From positions 1-44,487 of IMG/VR virus record IMGVR_UViG_2718218131_000009: 44,487 nt of DNA. One strand, written 5' to 3'. Source of the DNA: a virus (Duplodnaviria > Heunggongvirae > Uroviricota > Caudoviricetes). Made by a program: the position numbers and the translations under genes. The number at the start of each line of letters is the position of its first letter. The first letter of the stretch is position 1. The notes beneath the pieces were generated by a model. That model did no database searches and was not told where the DNA came from. It was given only the letters and a program-made list of their open reading frames with translations. Of this stretch, positions 10,209 to 20,474 are shown piece by piece.

Positions 10209-10880
10209 TCAGCGACCAATCACCACAACCTGACCACCGTCCCCTTCGTCTGCCGTGCTGATCTCCTGAGAAACCACGCGTGACCCCACGCGCATTTCAC
10301 CGTACAGAACCGGCAGAACATTGCCCTGGGCAACCATGTTATCCAGTGAGGAGAAATAGGTGTTCTGTTTGCCGTTATCTGTACTTGCTGCCGTGGGCGT
10401 CCTGGCTTTCGGTGCCAGCATCTGCGCCACACCACCGAGCACCATACTGGCACCGAGAGAAAACAGGATACCGGTCATACCACCGGCCCCAATGGCTGCC
10501 CCCCATGCTGCAAGGGTGGCTCCGGCAGTAAAGAATGATCCGGCAATGGCGGCAGCCCCCAGAACAATCTGGAATACGCCCCCTGGCTTGGCCCCGGCGA
10601 CTCTGGGAACAATATGAATCACAGCGCCGTCAGGCAGAGTCTCATGTAACTGCGCCGTTAACCCGGACGTGCTGACGTCCCGCCCGGCAATCCGTACCTG
10701 ATACCAGCCGTCGCTCAGTTTCTGACGAAACGCCGGGAGCTGTGTGGCCAGTGCGCGGATGGCTTCAGCCCCCGTTTTCACACGAAGGTCGATGCGGCGG
10801 CCAAATCGTTGCAAATCCCCGTAAAGGCAGATGCGCGCCATGCCCGGTGACGCCAGAGGGAGTGTGTGCGTCGCTGCCAT
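10209..10880 (-). CDS. I: Tail assembly protein I
   Basis: 223 aa, the same length as lambda gpI. Overlaps K by 103 bp exactly as in lambda. Confidence 0.9.
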   Translation of the reverse strand: MAATHTLPLASPGMARICLYGDLQRFGRRIDLRVKTGAEAIRALATQLPAFRQKLSDGWYQVRIAGRDVSTSGLTAQLHETLPDGAVIHIVPRVAGAKPGGVFQIVLGAAAIAGSFFTAGATLAAWGAAIGAGGMTGILFSLGASMVLGGVAQMLAPKARTPTAASTDNGKQNTYFSSLDNMVAQGNVLPVLYGEMRVGSRVVSQEISTADEGDGGQVVVIGR

Positions 10881-11521
10881 TTGTCGGTATACCTCTCTCG
10901 TTTGCTCAGTTGTTCAGGAATATGGTGCAGCAGCTCGCCGTCACCACAGTAAATGGCGGCATGATTCGGCACCGATGAACCAAAACAGCACAGCAGCACA
11001 TCGCCAGGCTGCGCCTCTGTCAGTGCGACACGGTAAAAACCCGTCGCCTCCATATTGTCAAGATAGAGATTCTGACCGTGACACCACCAGTCATCCTCCC
11101 GGTGAAAATCCGGCAGTTCAGTCCCCGCCAGATGATAAGCGTCCCGGAACAGCGCGTAACAGTCCGTCACCCCGTGCTCAAAGCGCCGCCCGGTGAGATG
11201 CGGCACACAGCGGAACTTATGAATCGCCCCCCGGCAGACCAGCCACCACGGCAAATCACTCTGCACCTGCAGCCGCCGGTCAGCCTCACTCAGCCAGGGC
11301 AGACCACTGGGGTGGCTGTGGACCAGCGCCACAATCTCACCCTGCATTTCTGCCTGCAGCCAGTCCTCCGGAGCCATCCGGAAATAATCCTCCGGCTCAC
11401 CGGAAATATTCACGCAGGGAAAATAGCTTTCCCCCTCCGGCGTTCTCACCACGAAGCCGCACGACTCCGCTGGCGCACATCGCCGGGCGTGCGCCAGAAT
11501 CGCTGATTCTGTCTCTGTCAT
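10778..11521 (-). CDS. K: Tail assembly protein K (JAB/MPN plus NlpC/P60 domains)
   Basis: HSHP JAMM-type motif and DCYALF Cys-peptidase motif. Start placed at the ATG at 11521 just after L; a lambda-equivalent internal start at 11377 is also possible. Confidence 0.85.
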   Translation of the reverse strand: MTETESAILAHARRCAPAESCGFVVRTPEGESYFPCVNISGEPEDYFRMAPEDWLQAEMQGEIVALVHSHPSGLPWLSEADRRLQVQSDLPWWLVCRGAIHKFRCVPHLTGRRFEHGVTDCYALFRDAYHLAGTELPDFHREDDWWCHGQNLYLDNMEATGFYRVALTEAQPGDVLLCCFGSSVPNHAAIYCGDGELLHHIPEQLSKRERYTDKWQRRTHSLWRHRAWRASAFTGICNDLAAASTFV

Positions 11522-11525
11522 GGGA

Positions 11526-12224
11526 TTACTGCGAAAGTTTGTTAATGGAAAGGAAACCGCCAAAGTTGCCGACGTTATTGCGGAACTTACAGCCGCTCAG
11601 GCATTTGCTGCATTTATCCTTCGTTATATCGGACGTCGGCTGGTCATATTCATCCGCGACAGCCGGACCGTTATAACCGCACTCATCACCGCGATAGGTC
11701 CAGGTGCAGGTGTTGGCCAGCATGGTACGTCCCGGAAAAACAGCGCCATCCGTTTCCGTCGGCGTGGCCAGTACAAAAGAGGCACTGACTGCGCTCAGTT
11801 CGCTGCACTGCTCGATGCGCCAGCGGCTGATCACCTCCTGCTCCGGATCGGCGTTGCTGTTTCCGCTGACGAAGTTCACCGCATCCAGAAAACGGGCGTA
11901 AACCTTACGCCGGACTACCGTTCCGCCGACCAGACTCTGCATATCTTCCACCATACCGGTGACCATGCCGTACAGGTTAGAGACTGCCAGCGTGGGCCGC
12001 GTACTGGTGCCTTTGCCATTCAGTTCAAAACCGCTCCCCTGAATGGGGTATGCCTGATACTGTCGCCCCTGCCAGGTGACCGGCTCACCTTTTTCGTTCT
12101 GCTCATTACAGAAAAAATAACGTTCTCCACCAACCTCTGTCAGATCGATTTCCCAGAGCACCACGCTGGCCGACTGCTCCGCACGGGTGCATTCATTCAG
12201 TGTTTCCTGCCGGATATCCTGCAT
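11526..12224 (-). CDS. L: Minor tail protein L
   Basis: 232 aa, the same length and position as lambda gpL. Confidence 0.9.
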   Translation of the reverse strand: MQDIRQETLNECTRAEQSASVVLWEIDLTEVGGERYFFCNEQNEKGEPVTWQGRQYQAYPIQGSGFELNGKGTSTRPTLAVSNLYGMVTGMVEDMQSLVGGTVVRRKVYARFLDAVNFVSGNSNADPEQEVISRWRIEQCSELSAVSASFVLATPTETDGAVFPGRTMLANTCTWTYRGDECGYNGPAVADEYDQPTSDITKDKCSKCLSGCKFRNNVGNFGGFLSINKLSQ

Positions 12225-12553
12225 CAGTTCACCACCTGTTTAAACTCTGCGCTGAACTCAACACGCAACATACTGACCTGCGACGACCATTTTGCGCAGG
12301 TCACCTTTATCTGCCTGTAACCATAAGGCGGCGTCCACAGAAAGGCCTTCCAGCCCCCGTGCTCAGCCAGAAACGACTCCAGCGCCGTGGCCTCCTCACG
12401 GGAGACAGACAGCGTCACGCTGTACGTTTTCAGGTCAGCGTTCAGCCCGGCAGGCGCACGCTGGGAATAGCCATCACCAAAGCGCACCTCCCTGACGGAA
12501 GGGGCCGATGTCACATCCATACCGGGTTTCACTTTCCAGCGGAAGGTTTTCAT
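12224..12553 (-). CDS. M: Minor tail protein M
   Basis: 109 aa, the same length and position as lambda gpM. Confidence 0.9.
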   Translation of the reverse strand: MKTFRWKVKPGMDVTSAPSVREVRFGDGYSQRAPAGLNADLKTYSVTLSVSREEATALESFLAEHGGWKAFLWTPPYGYRQIKVTCAKWSSQVSMLRVEFSAEFKQVVN

Positions 12554-15204
12554 CGTCCACCTCCGGAGAACAGGCCACCATCACGCATCTGTGTCTGAAT
12601 TTCATCACGGGCACCCTTGCGGGCCATGTCATACACCGCCTTCAGAGCAGCCGGACCTATCTGCCCGTTCGTGCCGTCGTTGTTAATCACCACATGGTTA
12701 TTCTGCTCAAACGTCCCGGACGCCTGCGACCGGCTGTCTGCCATGCTGCCCGGCGTACCGACATAACCGCCGGTGGCATAGCCGCGCATCAGCCGGTAAA
12801 GATTCCCCACGCCAATCCGGCTGGTTGCCTCCTTCGTGAAGACAAACTCACCACGGTGAACAATCCCCGCTGGCTCATATTTGCCGCCGGTTCCCGTAAA
12901 TCCTCCGGTTGCAAAATGGAATTTCGCCGCAGCGGCCTGAATGGCTGTACCGCCTGACGCGGATGCGCCGCCACCAACAGCCCCGCCAATGGCGCTGCCG
13001 ATACTCCCGACAATCCCCACCATTGCCTGCTTAAGCAGAATTTCTGTCATCATGGACAGCACGGAACGGGTGAAGCTGCGCCAGTTCTGCTCACTGCCGG
13101 TCAGCATCGCCGCCATATTCTGTGCAATACCATCAAAGGTCTGCGTGGCTGCACTTTTTACCTGCGACATACTGTCCGTGGCGCTCTCTTCCCACTCACT
13201 CCAGCCGGACTTCAGGCCTGCCATCCAGTTCCCGCGAAGCTGGTCTTCAGCCGCCCATGTCTGTTTCAGTGCCCCGGTGACCCGGGCCAGCGCCTGCGGA
13301 TTATCACCGTACACGTCCCGAAGACGCTGCGCTTCAGACTCCCGCTGCGCCTGACGGTCAGTGAGACCGCGGGCTTTTGCGCTGATGGCGGCCTGCTTCG
13401 CGCTCTGCTGCTCTTCAAACCGCACCGCCTGCTGTGCCAGCTCATTCAGGCGTTTCTGGTGTTCAACCTTGTCGCCCAGGTCAGCCAGCTGGCGTTTGTA
13501 CTCCAGCGTCTCTTTCTCATGGGCCAGCAGGGATTTTTCCTGCCAGGATAACTGCCGTTTCGTGACAGCCTCTTTCAGGACCGCATACTGACTTTCCGCC
13601 TTCCATAAATCACGGCGCTGCCGACTGATTTTCTCATTCGCACCGCTGTGTTTTTCCAGCGTCCTGAGCTCAGCTTCAAGGGCAAGCAGAGCCTCTCTTG
13701 CCTGCTCCTCTTCCCTCTCCCCGGCAGAGCGCGTTTTCGGTGATGTATGCTTTTTACCTGTCAGCTCTTCAGCCAGACGGCTGACGGCTTCCTGCTGCCC
13801 AGGACCTTTGCTGACGCCTGTTGCACGCGAGCGGTTGATGTACCCCATTTCCCCCTGGCGTATACGCGCATCCCGTTCCGCAATGGATTTTCTCAGCGCC
13901 AGTTCATCGCGTTTTGTTTTCTCAATAAATACGCGGTTCTCTTCTGCCAGTTCACCAAACAACGCACCAACGCCGGGCACATTCTTTGTCGTTTCCCAGG
14001 CTGACTGAATAAATTCAGCCAGCGCCAGATCCCCCTGCACAAGTAGCAGCTTCACTTGTTCAACGGTTCCGGCCACCACGTCAGTGATCAGACTGAGTGC
14101 CCCCAGTGTATGATCACCTATCCATGCCCATGCGTCAGAAGTCCAGGTTTTAACATCGTCCCAGATTTTTTCCACCGGCGTGGCCGCTTTATCAAGTTGC
14201 TCCAGACGTGCATTCATGACATCCGCAAACAGGGACATCGCCTCCGTCACCGCAGCCTGTTTACCTTTCGTGCGCTCAAGCTCATCAATATGGCGTAACT
14301 GGGAAACGCTCAGGAAGTTATACTGCTGATTCAGGGAGGCCAGCGCCTTCACCGGATCTGCTGCAATCCCTTCAAAGGCTTTTTCCACCTTCCCGGCATC
14401 GTCCCCCACCGTCTGCAGCCATCTCTGAGAGGTTTCCCCCATGATCCGTAGCTGCCCGGCGGTATATTTCCCGCTTTCTGCCAGACGGGCCAGATTTTCT
14501 GCCGCCTGTCTGATACCACCACCGGCTTCATCGCTGATCACCCCGGCCATTTTCCACAATTCTGCCGTTGTGGTGGCAGCCGCCCCTCCGGTCAGGGTCA
14601 GTGAACGCAATAAGGCCCGGTCAGCCTGCTCTGCCTGCCAGGCGGCGGCAGCAAGCGCGGCCAGTACGGCAACCCCGCCACCTGCCGCCACACGGGCCAC
14701 CGACATAAATCGTCCCAGCTCACCGGCATTCCGGGCATTTTCAGCCAGTGCATTTGCCGTATCTGACAGCGACTCCTCTGATGATTCAGAGGCATCCCTG
14801 ATCCCGAGAAGTTCCTCCTTCAGCAGGGTAAGCAGGCTGAGCGGTCCACCGAATGAATCGCTGATCTGCCCCCCCTGCTGCAGCATGATAAGGAAGGGAT
14901 TCTGACCACCGGCAAGCTGAGTGACAATATCCGTGAACTGTGCGGGCAGTGTGCGCATGGCAGCCTTATACTGTCCGACTGATATCCCGGCTTTTTGTGC
15001 AGCCAGCGCCTGTCGGCTCAGACTCTGCTCAGCAGCATCAGCCTGTTTTCTGAAAGACTGACTGACTTTCCCGGACATCAAATCAGCAAGCGCACTGGTT
15101 TCACCCAGCTCTTTTTTTACCCGCGCTGCCTCTTCAGAAAAACGGGCAGAATCCAGTGTCAGCACGGCTGTCAGATCGGCAAAATTACCTGCCATCGTGG
15201 TCAC
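12550..15204 (-). CDS. H: Tail tape measure protein H
   Basis: 884 aa, Ala/Gln-rich coiled-coil protein located between T and M. Confidence 0.9.
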   Translation of the reverse strand: MTTMAGNFADLTAVLTLDSARFSEEAARVKKELGETSALADLMSGKVSQSFRKQADAAEQSLSRQALAAQKAGISVGQYKAAMRTLPAQFTDIVTQLAGGQNPFLIMLQQGGQISDSFGGPLSLLTLLKEELLGIRDASESSEESLSDTANALAENARNAGELGRFMSVARVAAGGGVAVLAALAAAAWQAEQADRALLRSLTLTGGAAATTTAELWKMAGVISDEAGGGIRQAAENLARLAESGKYTAGQLRIMGETSQRWLQTVGDDAGKVEKAFEGIAADPVKALASLNQQYNFLSVSQLRHIDELERTKGKQAAVTEAMSLFADVMNARLEQLDKAATPVEKIWDDVKTWTSDAWAWIGDHTLGALSLITDVVAGTVEQVKLLLVQGDLALAEFIQSAWETTKNVPGVGALFGELAEENRVFIEKTKRDELALRKSIAERDARIRQGEMGYINRSRATGVSKGPGQQEAVSRLAEELTGKKHTSPKTRSAGEREEEQAREALLALEAELRTLEKHSGANEKISRQRRDLWKAESQYAVLKEAVTKRQLSWQEKSLLAHEKETLEYKRQLADLGDKVEHQKRLNELAQQAVRFEEQQSAKQAAISAKARGLTDRQAQRESEAQRLRDVYGDNPQALARVTGALKQTWAAEDQLRGNWMAGLKSGWSEWEESATDSMSQVKSAATQTFDGIAQNMAAMLTGSEQNWRSFTRSVLSMMTEILLKQAMVGIVGSIGSAIGGAVGGGASASGGTAIQAAAAKFHFATGGFTGTGGKYEPAGIVHRGEFVFTKEATSRIGVGNLYRLMRGYATGGYVGTPGSMADSRSQASGTFEQNNHVVINNDGTNGQIGPAALKAVYDMARKGARDEIQTQMRDGGLFSGGGR

Positions 15205-15238
15205 CTCCTGAAATGTCCTCTGATACCATCAATAACTG

Positions 15239-15598
15239 TCACAACCTCCTTCCCTCCTCCCCGAAACGGACTCCACCGGCGAGGCCCGCCGCCTTCTGCA
15301 TCAGTACATCATTTTCGTCCGGCGTCTCCGCCTGCCCTTCCTCTGCCTCCGGAGCGAACAGGCTGAAATCCGCCGGATGCATATCCGGATCGCAAAAAAA
15401 CAGGCTGAGTACGGCGTACGTCAGCCCGGAAAAATGCATATCCAGCTGGGTATCCTGAAAATAATGCGTGCAGTAAAAACGTCGCCAGTCGGCATATTCG
15501 GTGGATGTCATCCCGGCAAGCATGGCGCGCCAGTCGGCTCTCCCCATCTCACGCGCCAGTTTCAGGACAAAGTTCAGCTCGCCTTCGAATGCTTTTTT
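15239..15598 (-). CDS. T: Tail assembly chaperone T segment, expressed as a G-T fusion by -1 frameshift
   Basis: The -1 frame is open from the slippery site to the stop at 15239 (reads KKAFEGELNFVLKLAREMGRADW...). It has no independent RBS or start. Confidence 0.7.
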   Translation of the reverse strand, partial: KKAFEGELNFVLKLAREMGRADWRAMLAGMTSTEYADWRRFYCTHYFQDTQLDMHFSGLTYAVLSLFFCDPDMHPADFSLFAPEAEEGQAETPDENDVLMQKAAGLAGGVRFGEEGRRL

Positions 15599-15996
15599 GA
15601 TGTTACCGGCTCAGTCGCTTCTGTTTTCCCGGTTGGTTCAGGATCGGCATCGTGCCGGTTATCCAGCATACCTGAAAGATAAAGCACCCGGTTCGTTGCC
15701 TGATTCAGTGCATCAGCAGGCCATCCCAGCATCACTTCACGGCGGATCTGCTGCATCTCTGTCTCCGGAGAGGCCAGAGTGCCTTTGAGGGAATGGGAAT
15801 GCCATAGCGACATCGCCACAAGCAGGGATGCCGTTTCCAGATATCGCTGGTTAATGTGCACGACATCATGCTTCGTTGTCTCCTGTTGTTCTGCGTCTGA
15901 AACAAACTTTATATAATCAAACCGCTGCAGCGCAGACAATTCGGAAAGCGTGACGGACACACCGTTATATTCAAATTGTTCTGTTTTCAGAAACAT
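15574..15996 (-). CDS. G: Tail assembly chaperone G
   Basis: 140 aa, the same length and position as lambda gpG, with a slippery site near its 3' end. Confidence 0.85.
   Translation of the reverse strand: MFLKTEQFEYNGVSVTLSELSALQRFDYIKFVSDAEQQETTKHDVVHINQRYLETASLLVAMSLWHSHSLKGTLASPETEMQQIRREVMLGWPADALNQATNRVLYLSGMLDNRHDADPEPTGKTEATEPVTSKKHSKAS
15592..15598 (-). other. Programmed -1 ribosomal frameshift heptamer A_AAA_AAG (G to G-T)
   Basis: mRNA ...ACA UCA AAA AAG CAU... lies three codons before the G stop, and the -1 frame continues into T. Confidence 0.6.
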
Positions 15997-16009
15997 GTAT
16001 TACCTCCGT

Positions 16010-16762
16010 TTACCCTGCAGCGCCCGCTTCAGTAACGGTGACTTCAGCCACTGCGGCGAACTGACCATTTCCGCTCACCACAGGGATCTGCACCTTACCT
16101 GTCGCCACGCCGTTTACCGTAATTGTCATATCTTTCACACTAATGGTGGCTTTCGACGGATCGGCGGAAACCGCTCTGAACGTCTTGTCGGTTGCACTTT
16201 CCGGCTCAAAAGAAACCGTCAGGGTGGTTGTTTTCCCTTTTGCCACCGTACCGGATGTCGGCGTCACCTTAATCGCAGTGACCGGCGTAATTTTGCTGCG
16301 TTCTTCCGCTACAGAAGGTTTGCCCACGTTGGTCACTTTCACCGTGCGGGTGATCACTTCTTTCGCCGTCACGGCCTTACCGATACTGCTGACCCAGCCA
16401 CGGAACACATCCACCGTGCCATTTGGGAAACGGATTTTATAGGCCCGCACATCCCCGCTTTCAAACCAGCCTATAAGCCCTTTCTGACCTTCTTCTCCCG
16501 GTTTCCAGGCCAGCGTAAAACTGGTATCTCCTGCAGACTTCTGCCCCTGCCCGGTCGCGGTCCAGTCCGCGTCTTCATCATCCAGGTAGTTATCATCGTA
16601 GGGTTCTGCCGTCATCTCGCCCGGCGTCAGATCCTTCACCTTAGCCAGTCGCTGCCAGTCATCGTCTGACAACGGGTTTGCATAAGCATCACCCTTGCCG
16701 TTGTAAACCCACAGAGTGGTACCGGCACCTTTTACCGGCTCAAGGGGATTTGGTGTTGCCAT
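16010..16762 (-). CDS. V: Major tail protein V
   Basis: 250 aa with an Ig-like C-terminal domain, in the lambda V position. Confidence 0.9.
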   Translation of the reverse strand: MATPNPLEPVKGAGTTLWVYNGKGDAYANPLSDDDWQRLAKVKDLTPGEMTAEPYDDNYLDDEDADWTATGQGQKSAGDTSFTLAWKPGEEGQKGLIGWFESGDVRAYKIRFPNGTVDVFRGWVSSIGKAVTAKEVITRTVKVTNVGKPSVAEERSKITPVTAIKVTPTSGTVAKGKTTTLTVSFEPESATDKTFRAVSADPSKATISVKDMTITVNGVATGKVQIPVVSGNGQFAAVAEVTVTEAGAAG

Positions 16763-16769
16763 ATCGTCC

Positions 16770-17168
16770 TCACATCTCGTATGTAATTTTCCACAGGAGA
16801 TCTGCCGATCCCCACATCATAAACTCATCATCCCGGCGGTAGTCATACCCCTGAAGATTCATCTTCAGCAGTAATGCACTGAGCCCGGGAACTGCCTCCA
16901 GCGCAGGAAGAATTTTTTCTTCCATCCACATATCCAGTGCCGAGTCCGGTTCTTTTGCCCTGAGAAAAACCTCAATATGCAGTGTCGCCTCCCAGGTTCC
17001 CTCATCAACGAACTCGTCAGCAGCAGACGCATCTGTCAGGTAAACAGCAACAGCAGGCAGTTCCTGTTCATCAATAAAAACCGGGCGACCGTCAAACCAG
17101 CTCACCCTCTCAGAAATATTTTCTTTCAGGGCAGACAGAACTGCCGCCCGTATTTCACGGTGTTTCAT
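16770..17168 (-). CDS. U: Tail terminator protein U
   Basis: 132 aa, in the lambda U position between Z and V. Confidence 0.9.
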   Translation of the reverse strand: MKHREIRAAVLSALKENISERVSWFDGRPVFIDEQELPAVAVYLTDASAADEFVDEGTWEATLHIEVFLRAKEPDSALDMWMEEKILPALEAVPGLSALLLKMNLQGYDYRRDDEFMMWGSADLLWKITYEM

Positions 17169-17180
17169 ACACCCTCCCAG

Positions 17181-17810
17181 TCATTTTCTTTTCAGCACCA
17201 GACGTAACTGATGCGTCATGGCTTTCATCATCTGCGCCGGTAATTTTTCCCGGTACATCCGGTCCCGTTCACGTTCAAAGGTTTCTGCCAGCGGTCCGGC
17301 AGTCGGAATCTTCACCACTTCAGTCGGCAGACGGTGGCGTTTCGGCCTCCCTTTGCTGTCAGCGCCGGTGGACGATGATGCCCACGGCATACGCTGCATC
17401 ACATGCCAGCGTCCGTTAGCCAGCCGGGTGATAAAGGCATCCGGGATCCGTCTTTTCCCCACAATCAGCACACTGCCACCGCCTTTCGTGACCGAACGCT
17501 CGCCTTTCTTTCGTCGCTTTCTGCGGGAAAGCCGCACGCTGGCCGTCCCCAGTTTTATGGCGGGCAGATTACCGGTGTTGATGATGACCTTCGCATAAAC
17601 CCTGTCTGCGCTGGCCCGTTGCAGGCGGATACGCTCACGGATGAGACGGCGCGGAACCGCCAGCTCCCTGGCAACCGAAGAGGCCGTTTTCGCGATGATG
17701 GACTCCGCCACACGGTTAAGTGTCGTGGCGGCAGCCCGGGGAACGGCACGGCGGTCAATTGCATCCAGATTTTTCATGGCCTGCGCCAGACCTTTTATTG
17801 CCATACTCAT
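17181..17810 (-). CDS. Z: Tail completion protein Z
   Basis: MAIKGL... with GRWHVMQR and KIPTAGPL motifs as in lambda gpZ. ATGA start/stop overlap with the upstream gene. Confidence 0.85.
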   Translation of the reverse strand: MSMAIKGLAQAMKNLDAIDRRAVPRAAATTLNRVAESIIAKTASSVARELAVPRRLIRERIRLQRASADRVYAKVIINTGNLPAIKLGTASVRLSRRKRRKKGERSVTKGGGSVLIVGKRRIPDAFITRLANGRWHVMQRMPWASSSTGADSKGRPKRHRLPTEVVKIPTAGPLAETFERERDRMYREKLPAQMMKAMTHQLRLVLKRK

Positions 17811-18088
17811 TCCTGTTCGACAAAAATCCGGGGTTTACCGTTGTACGTGTCATAACGGGTCACCGTCAGTGTGCGGCCCTCAAACACAACAACATCATGA
17901 CGGGCCGGACGGTACCGGGCTGAAAACACCACCAGTGACAACTGGCTGCCCGAAAGCGCCCCCATCTCCGCGGACTCTTCCTCCGGCATCACGTCGTACA
18001 CGACGCCGTTAATCTCCGCCTGTTTGCCCATCATCCGAACGGTCGCCACGTCCATCCGGCAACACATTCGCGTAAACAGATCAGACAT
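17807..18088 (-). CDS. Head-tail joining protein (FII-like), putative
   Basis: 93 aa, positioned between the head genes and Z. Assigned by position only. Confidence 0.55.
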   Translation of the reverse strand: MSDLFTRMCCRMDVATVRMMGKQAEINGVVYDVMPEEESAEMGALSGSQLSLVVFSARYRPARHDVVVFEGRTLTVTRYDTYNGKPRIFVEQE

Positions 18089-18407
18089 TGATTTTTACCG
18101 CCACAGTGGCGCTGTTTGCAGGAGCATTTTCCCAGGCTACCCCCGCGGCCACCGCACCGTCGGCAGCCAACTGCACAACCCCGTCCTTCAGATAAACCAC
18201 CGCGCCGGACTGAATGTCGTCAGCAGACTGTTTGGGCAGCAGGAACACGCCTTCGGCAAAACCGTCACCGGCCTCACCGGCAGGAATATCGGTAATGGCC
18301 ACGGCCACCATACTGCCGACCACCACCGCAGCACCGCTCAGGATGGTCTGATCTCCGGCATTCACCAGTTCAATGGTGGTACCGTCCTGTACAAAATTTT
18401 TCGCCAT
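18081..18407 (-). CDS. Head-associated Gly/Ala-rich protein (DUF2190-like), putative
   Basis: 108 aa beta-rich Gly/Ala/Val protein immediately after the capsid gene. Confidence 0.5.
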   Translation of the reverse strand: MAKNFVQDGTTIELVNAGDQTILSGAAVVVGSMVAVAITDIPAGEAGDGFAEGVFLLPKQSADDIQSGAVVYLKDGVVQLAADGAVAAGVAWENAPANSATVAVKINV

Positions 18408-18494
18408 AATGCTGTTTCTCCGGACAGCCCCTGTGGGGCTGTTTTTCAGGCATAAAAAAAGCCCTTTCGGGCAGTGATTGTGATAACGCGGTTA

Positions 18495-20474
18495 TCAGGC
18501 CACCGACGAACGCACCAGCCCGCGCCAGTCAAGTGGTGCCACTCCGGCATCAATACGGATTTTTGTGGCAATGCCGTCAGTGGTGAAACCTTCCTGCTGA
18601 TCAATGTATGGCGTGTCCACACCATCCAGCCAGGCCACTTCAATGGTGTCAGTGCCCTGTGCCGCCGCCAGATACCAGGTTTTCGGGTCTGCCGCATCAA
18701 GACGCGCTTCTGCAATCACCTCAGCAAAGTTCTGGATAGGGTTAATGACACCGGCGTTTGCATCCGCCCCTTTCACACTGGCCGATTTGATGGTCTGGTT
18801 CGCCACCGTCTCCAGTGCCACCGGTACCAGCATAAAGGCCGGACGGATATTCAGGGCACGATCGCCTTCTTTCTGCAGGCGCATCATCTGACGGGCCGCA
18901 TCCAGTCCGGAAACGGAGATCCCCCCGGTGGCAATATTTTTGTGATCGGCATGGAACAGCGCCTTACCGTCGGACAGTTTCGGGTTATCCGTCAGCACCT
19001 TGTAGACCAGGTCACCAATCGTTGCCTTCGCCGCACGCCCCATCTTCATCGGCACGTCCACCAGCATATTCAGATCATCATTGATAATGGCCTGGCGGGT
19101 GATGGAGAAAATCTCCCCGTAAGTGGCCAGTGCAATGGTCTCCTTGCGATCTGAGGTGGTGATGTATTTATACTCCGCCCCCTCACGAACCTGGCGCAGA
19201 GAACCAAAACCTCCCATCCCCACGCGATACGCTGTTTTGAAGTCTGACAGGCGTCCCTTACGGGTCCACTTCTGGAAGGTTTCTTCTGATTCCTCCCAGC
19301 CCTGGATCAGCCCCTTGTTCGACACATCCAGCAGAATATTGCCAAAATCAGAGGTGCTGTGCGTCAGCGCCAGCCCGACCATCTGCATGGGGTTATAACT
19401 GGCCACCCCAATACCGCGCTCCGTCAGTGACATGCGAGCCCATTCACGCAGGGTCATCCCGTTATAGGCGTTATCCTTCTCGACATTTTCAAATCCGGCA
19501 CGGGCCAGCATCGCCTGGCGGATCCCGTCCCCCACAAAATTGCCGTTTCCGGCATAAATATGGGCCGGTGTATTTTTGTTGGTCGGCGAGGACTCCTTGC
19601 CCATTTCATTCAGCAGTCGTTCACGGGCCATTTCCAGCGAACAGTCAGGATCAGCCACGCACTGTGCCTGAAGCGTCTGATAGCGACCGCCGAACATGGC
19701 AAACAGATCGTTAATGCCTGACATGCGGGCTTTCTGTTCTGCCATAACGCGGGCGCGAATGGTCGCCTCATCAGACACTGCCGGTACCGGTGATGGTTCT
19801 GTTACCGCCGGTGCAGGGATTGTCACTGTGGTATCACGCGGGGCACTGTTGCGTGGCGGAGTAATCATGTTTCGGATGGATTCCGGCATCTTTTTAAATT
19901 CCTCTGTACGTTTTGACTGAATACATGCCATTGCCTCAACAGCGGGTGTCACCTGGTCAGCAAATCCGTGTGCCAGACATTCGGCACCGGACATCCAGGT
20001 TTCATCCGCCAGCATGGCGGCAATTTCATCGGTGGTTTTTCCGGTTTTCTGCGCATAGGCTGGCAACAGTACCGATTCGACTTTATCCAGCAAATCGGCA
20101 TAACTGCGCATATCCTCAGCATCCCCGCCACTGAATCCCCATGGCTTATGGATCATCATGAAGGCATTTTCCGGCATAATGACCGTATCACCGGCCATCG
20201 CAATCACAGATGCCATCGAGGCGGCAACGCCATCCACATACACGGTAATGGTCGCCCCCTGATTTTTCAGGGCATTAAAAATGGCGATGCCTTCAAAGAC
20301 ATCGCCACCCGGTGAATTGATATGGAGATTAATGTGGGTGATATCACCCAGTGCATTCAGTTCGCTGACAAACTGCTTCGCGGTAACTCCCCAGAAACCA
20401 ATCTCGTCATAAATATAAATATCCGCGTCACCCGGCCCCCCAGCTTGCATCCTGAACCAGGATTTATTCTTCAT
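18495..20474 (-). CDS. Prohead protease (ClpP-like) fused to HK97-fold major capsid protein
   Basis: N-terminal ClpP-family region (HINSPGGDV, ASMASVIAMAGD) followed by a capsid-like C-terminal region of about 400 aa. ATG at 20474 (MKNKSWFRMQ...). Confidence 0.85.
   Translation of the reverse strand: MKNKSWFRMQAGGPGDADIYIYDEIGFWGVTAKQFVSELNALGDITHINLHINSPGGDVFEGIAIFNALKNQGATITVYVDGVAASMASVIAMAGDTVIMPENAFMMIHKPWGFSGGDAEDMRSYADLLDKVESVLLPAYAQKTGKTTDEIAAMLADETWMSGAECLAHGFADQVTPAVEAMACIQSKRTEEFKKMPESIRNMITPPRNSAPRDTTVTIPAPAVTEPSPVPAVSDEATIRARVMAEQKARMSGINDLFAMFGGRYQTLQAQCVADPDCSLEMARERLLNEMGKESSPTNKNTPAHIYAGNGNFVGDGIRQAMLARAGFENVEKDNAYNGMTLREWARMSLTERGIGVASYNPMQMVGLALTHSTSDFGNILLDVSNKGLIQGWEESEETFQKWTRKGRLSDFKTAYRVGMGGFGSLRQVREGAEYKYITTSDRKETIALATYGEIFSITRQAIINDDLNMLVDVPMKMGRAAKATIGDLVYKVLTDNPKLSDGKALFHADHKNIATGGISVSGLDAARQMMRLQKEGDRALNIRPAFMLVPVALETVANQTIKSASVKGADANAGVINPIQNFAEVIAEARLDAADPKTWYLAAAQGTDTIEVAWLDGVDTPYIDQQEGFTTDGIATKIRIDAGVAPLDWRGLVRSSVA

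Noticed and set aside
18474-19154. 226-aa plus-strand ORF
   Set aside because: Antisense to the protease-capsid gene, with no independent support.
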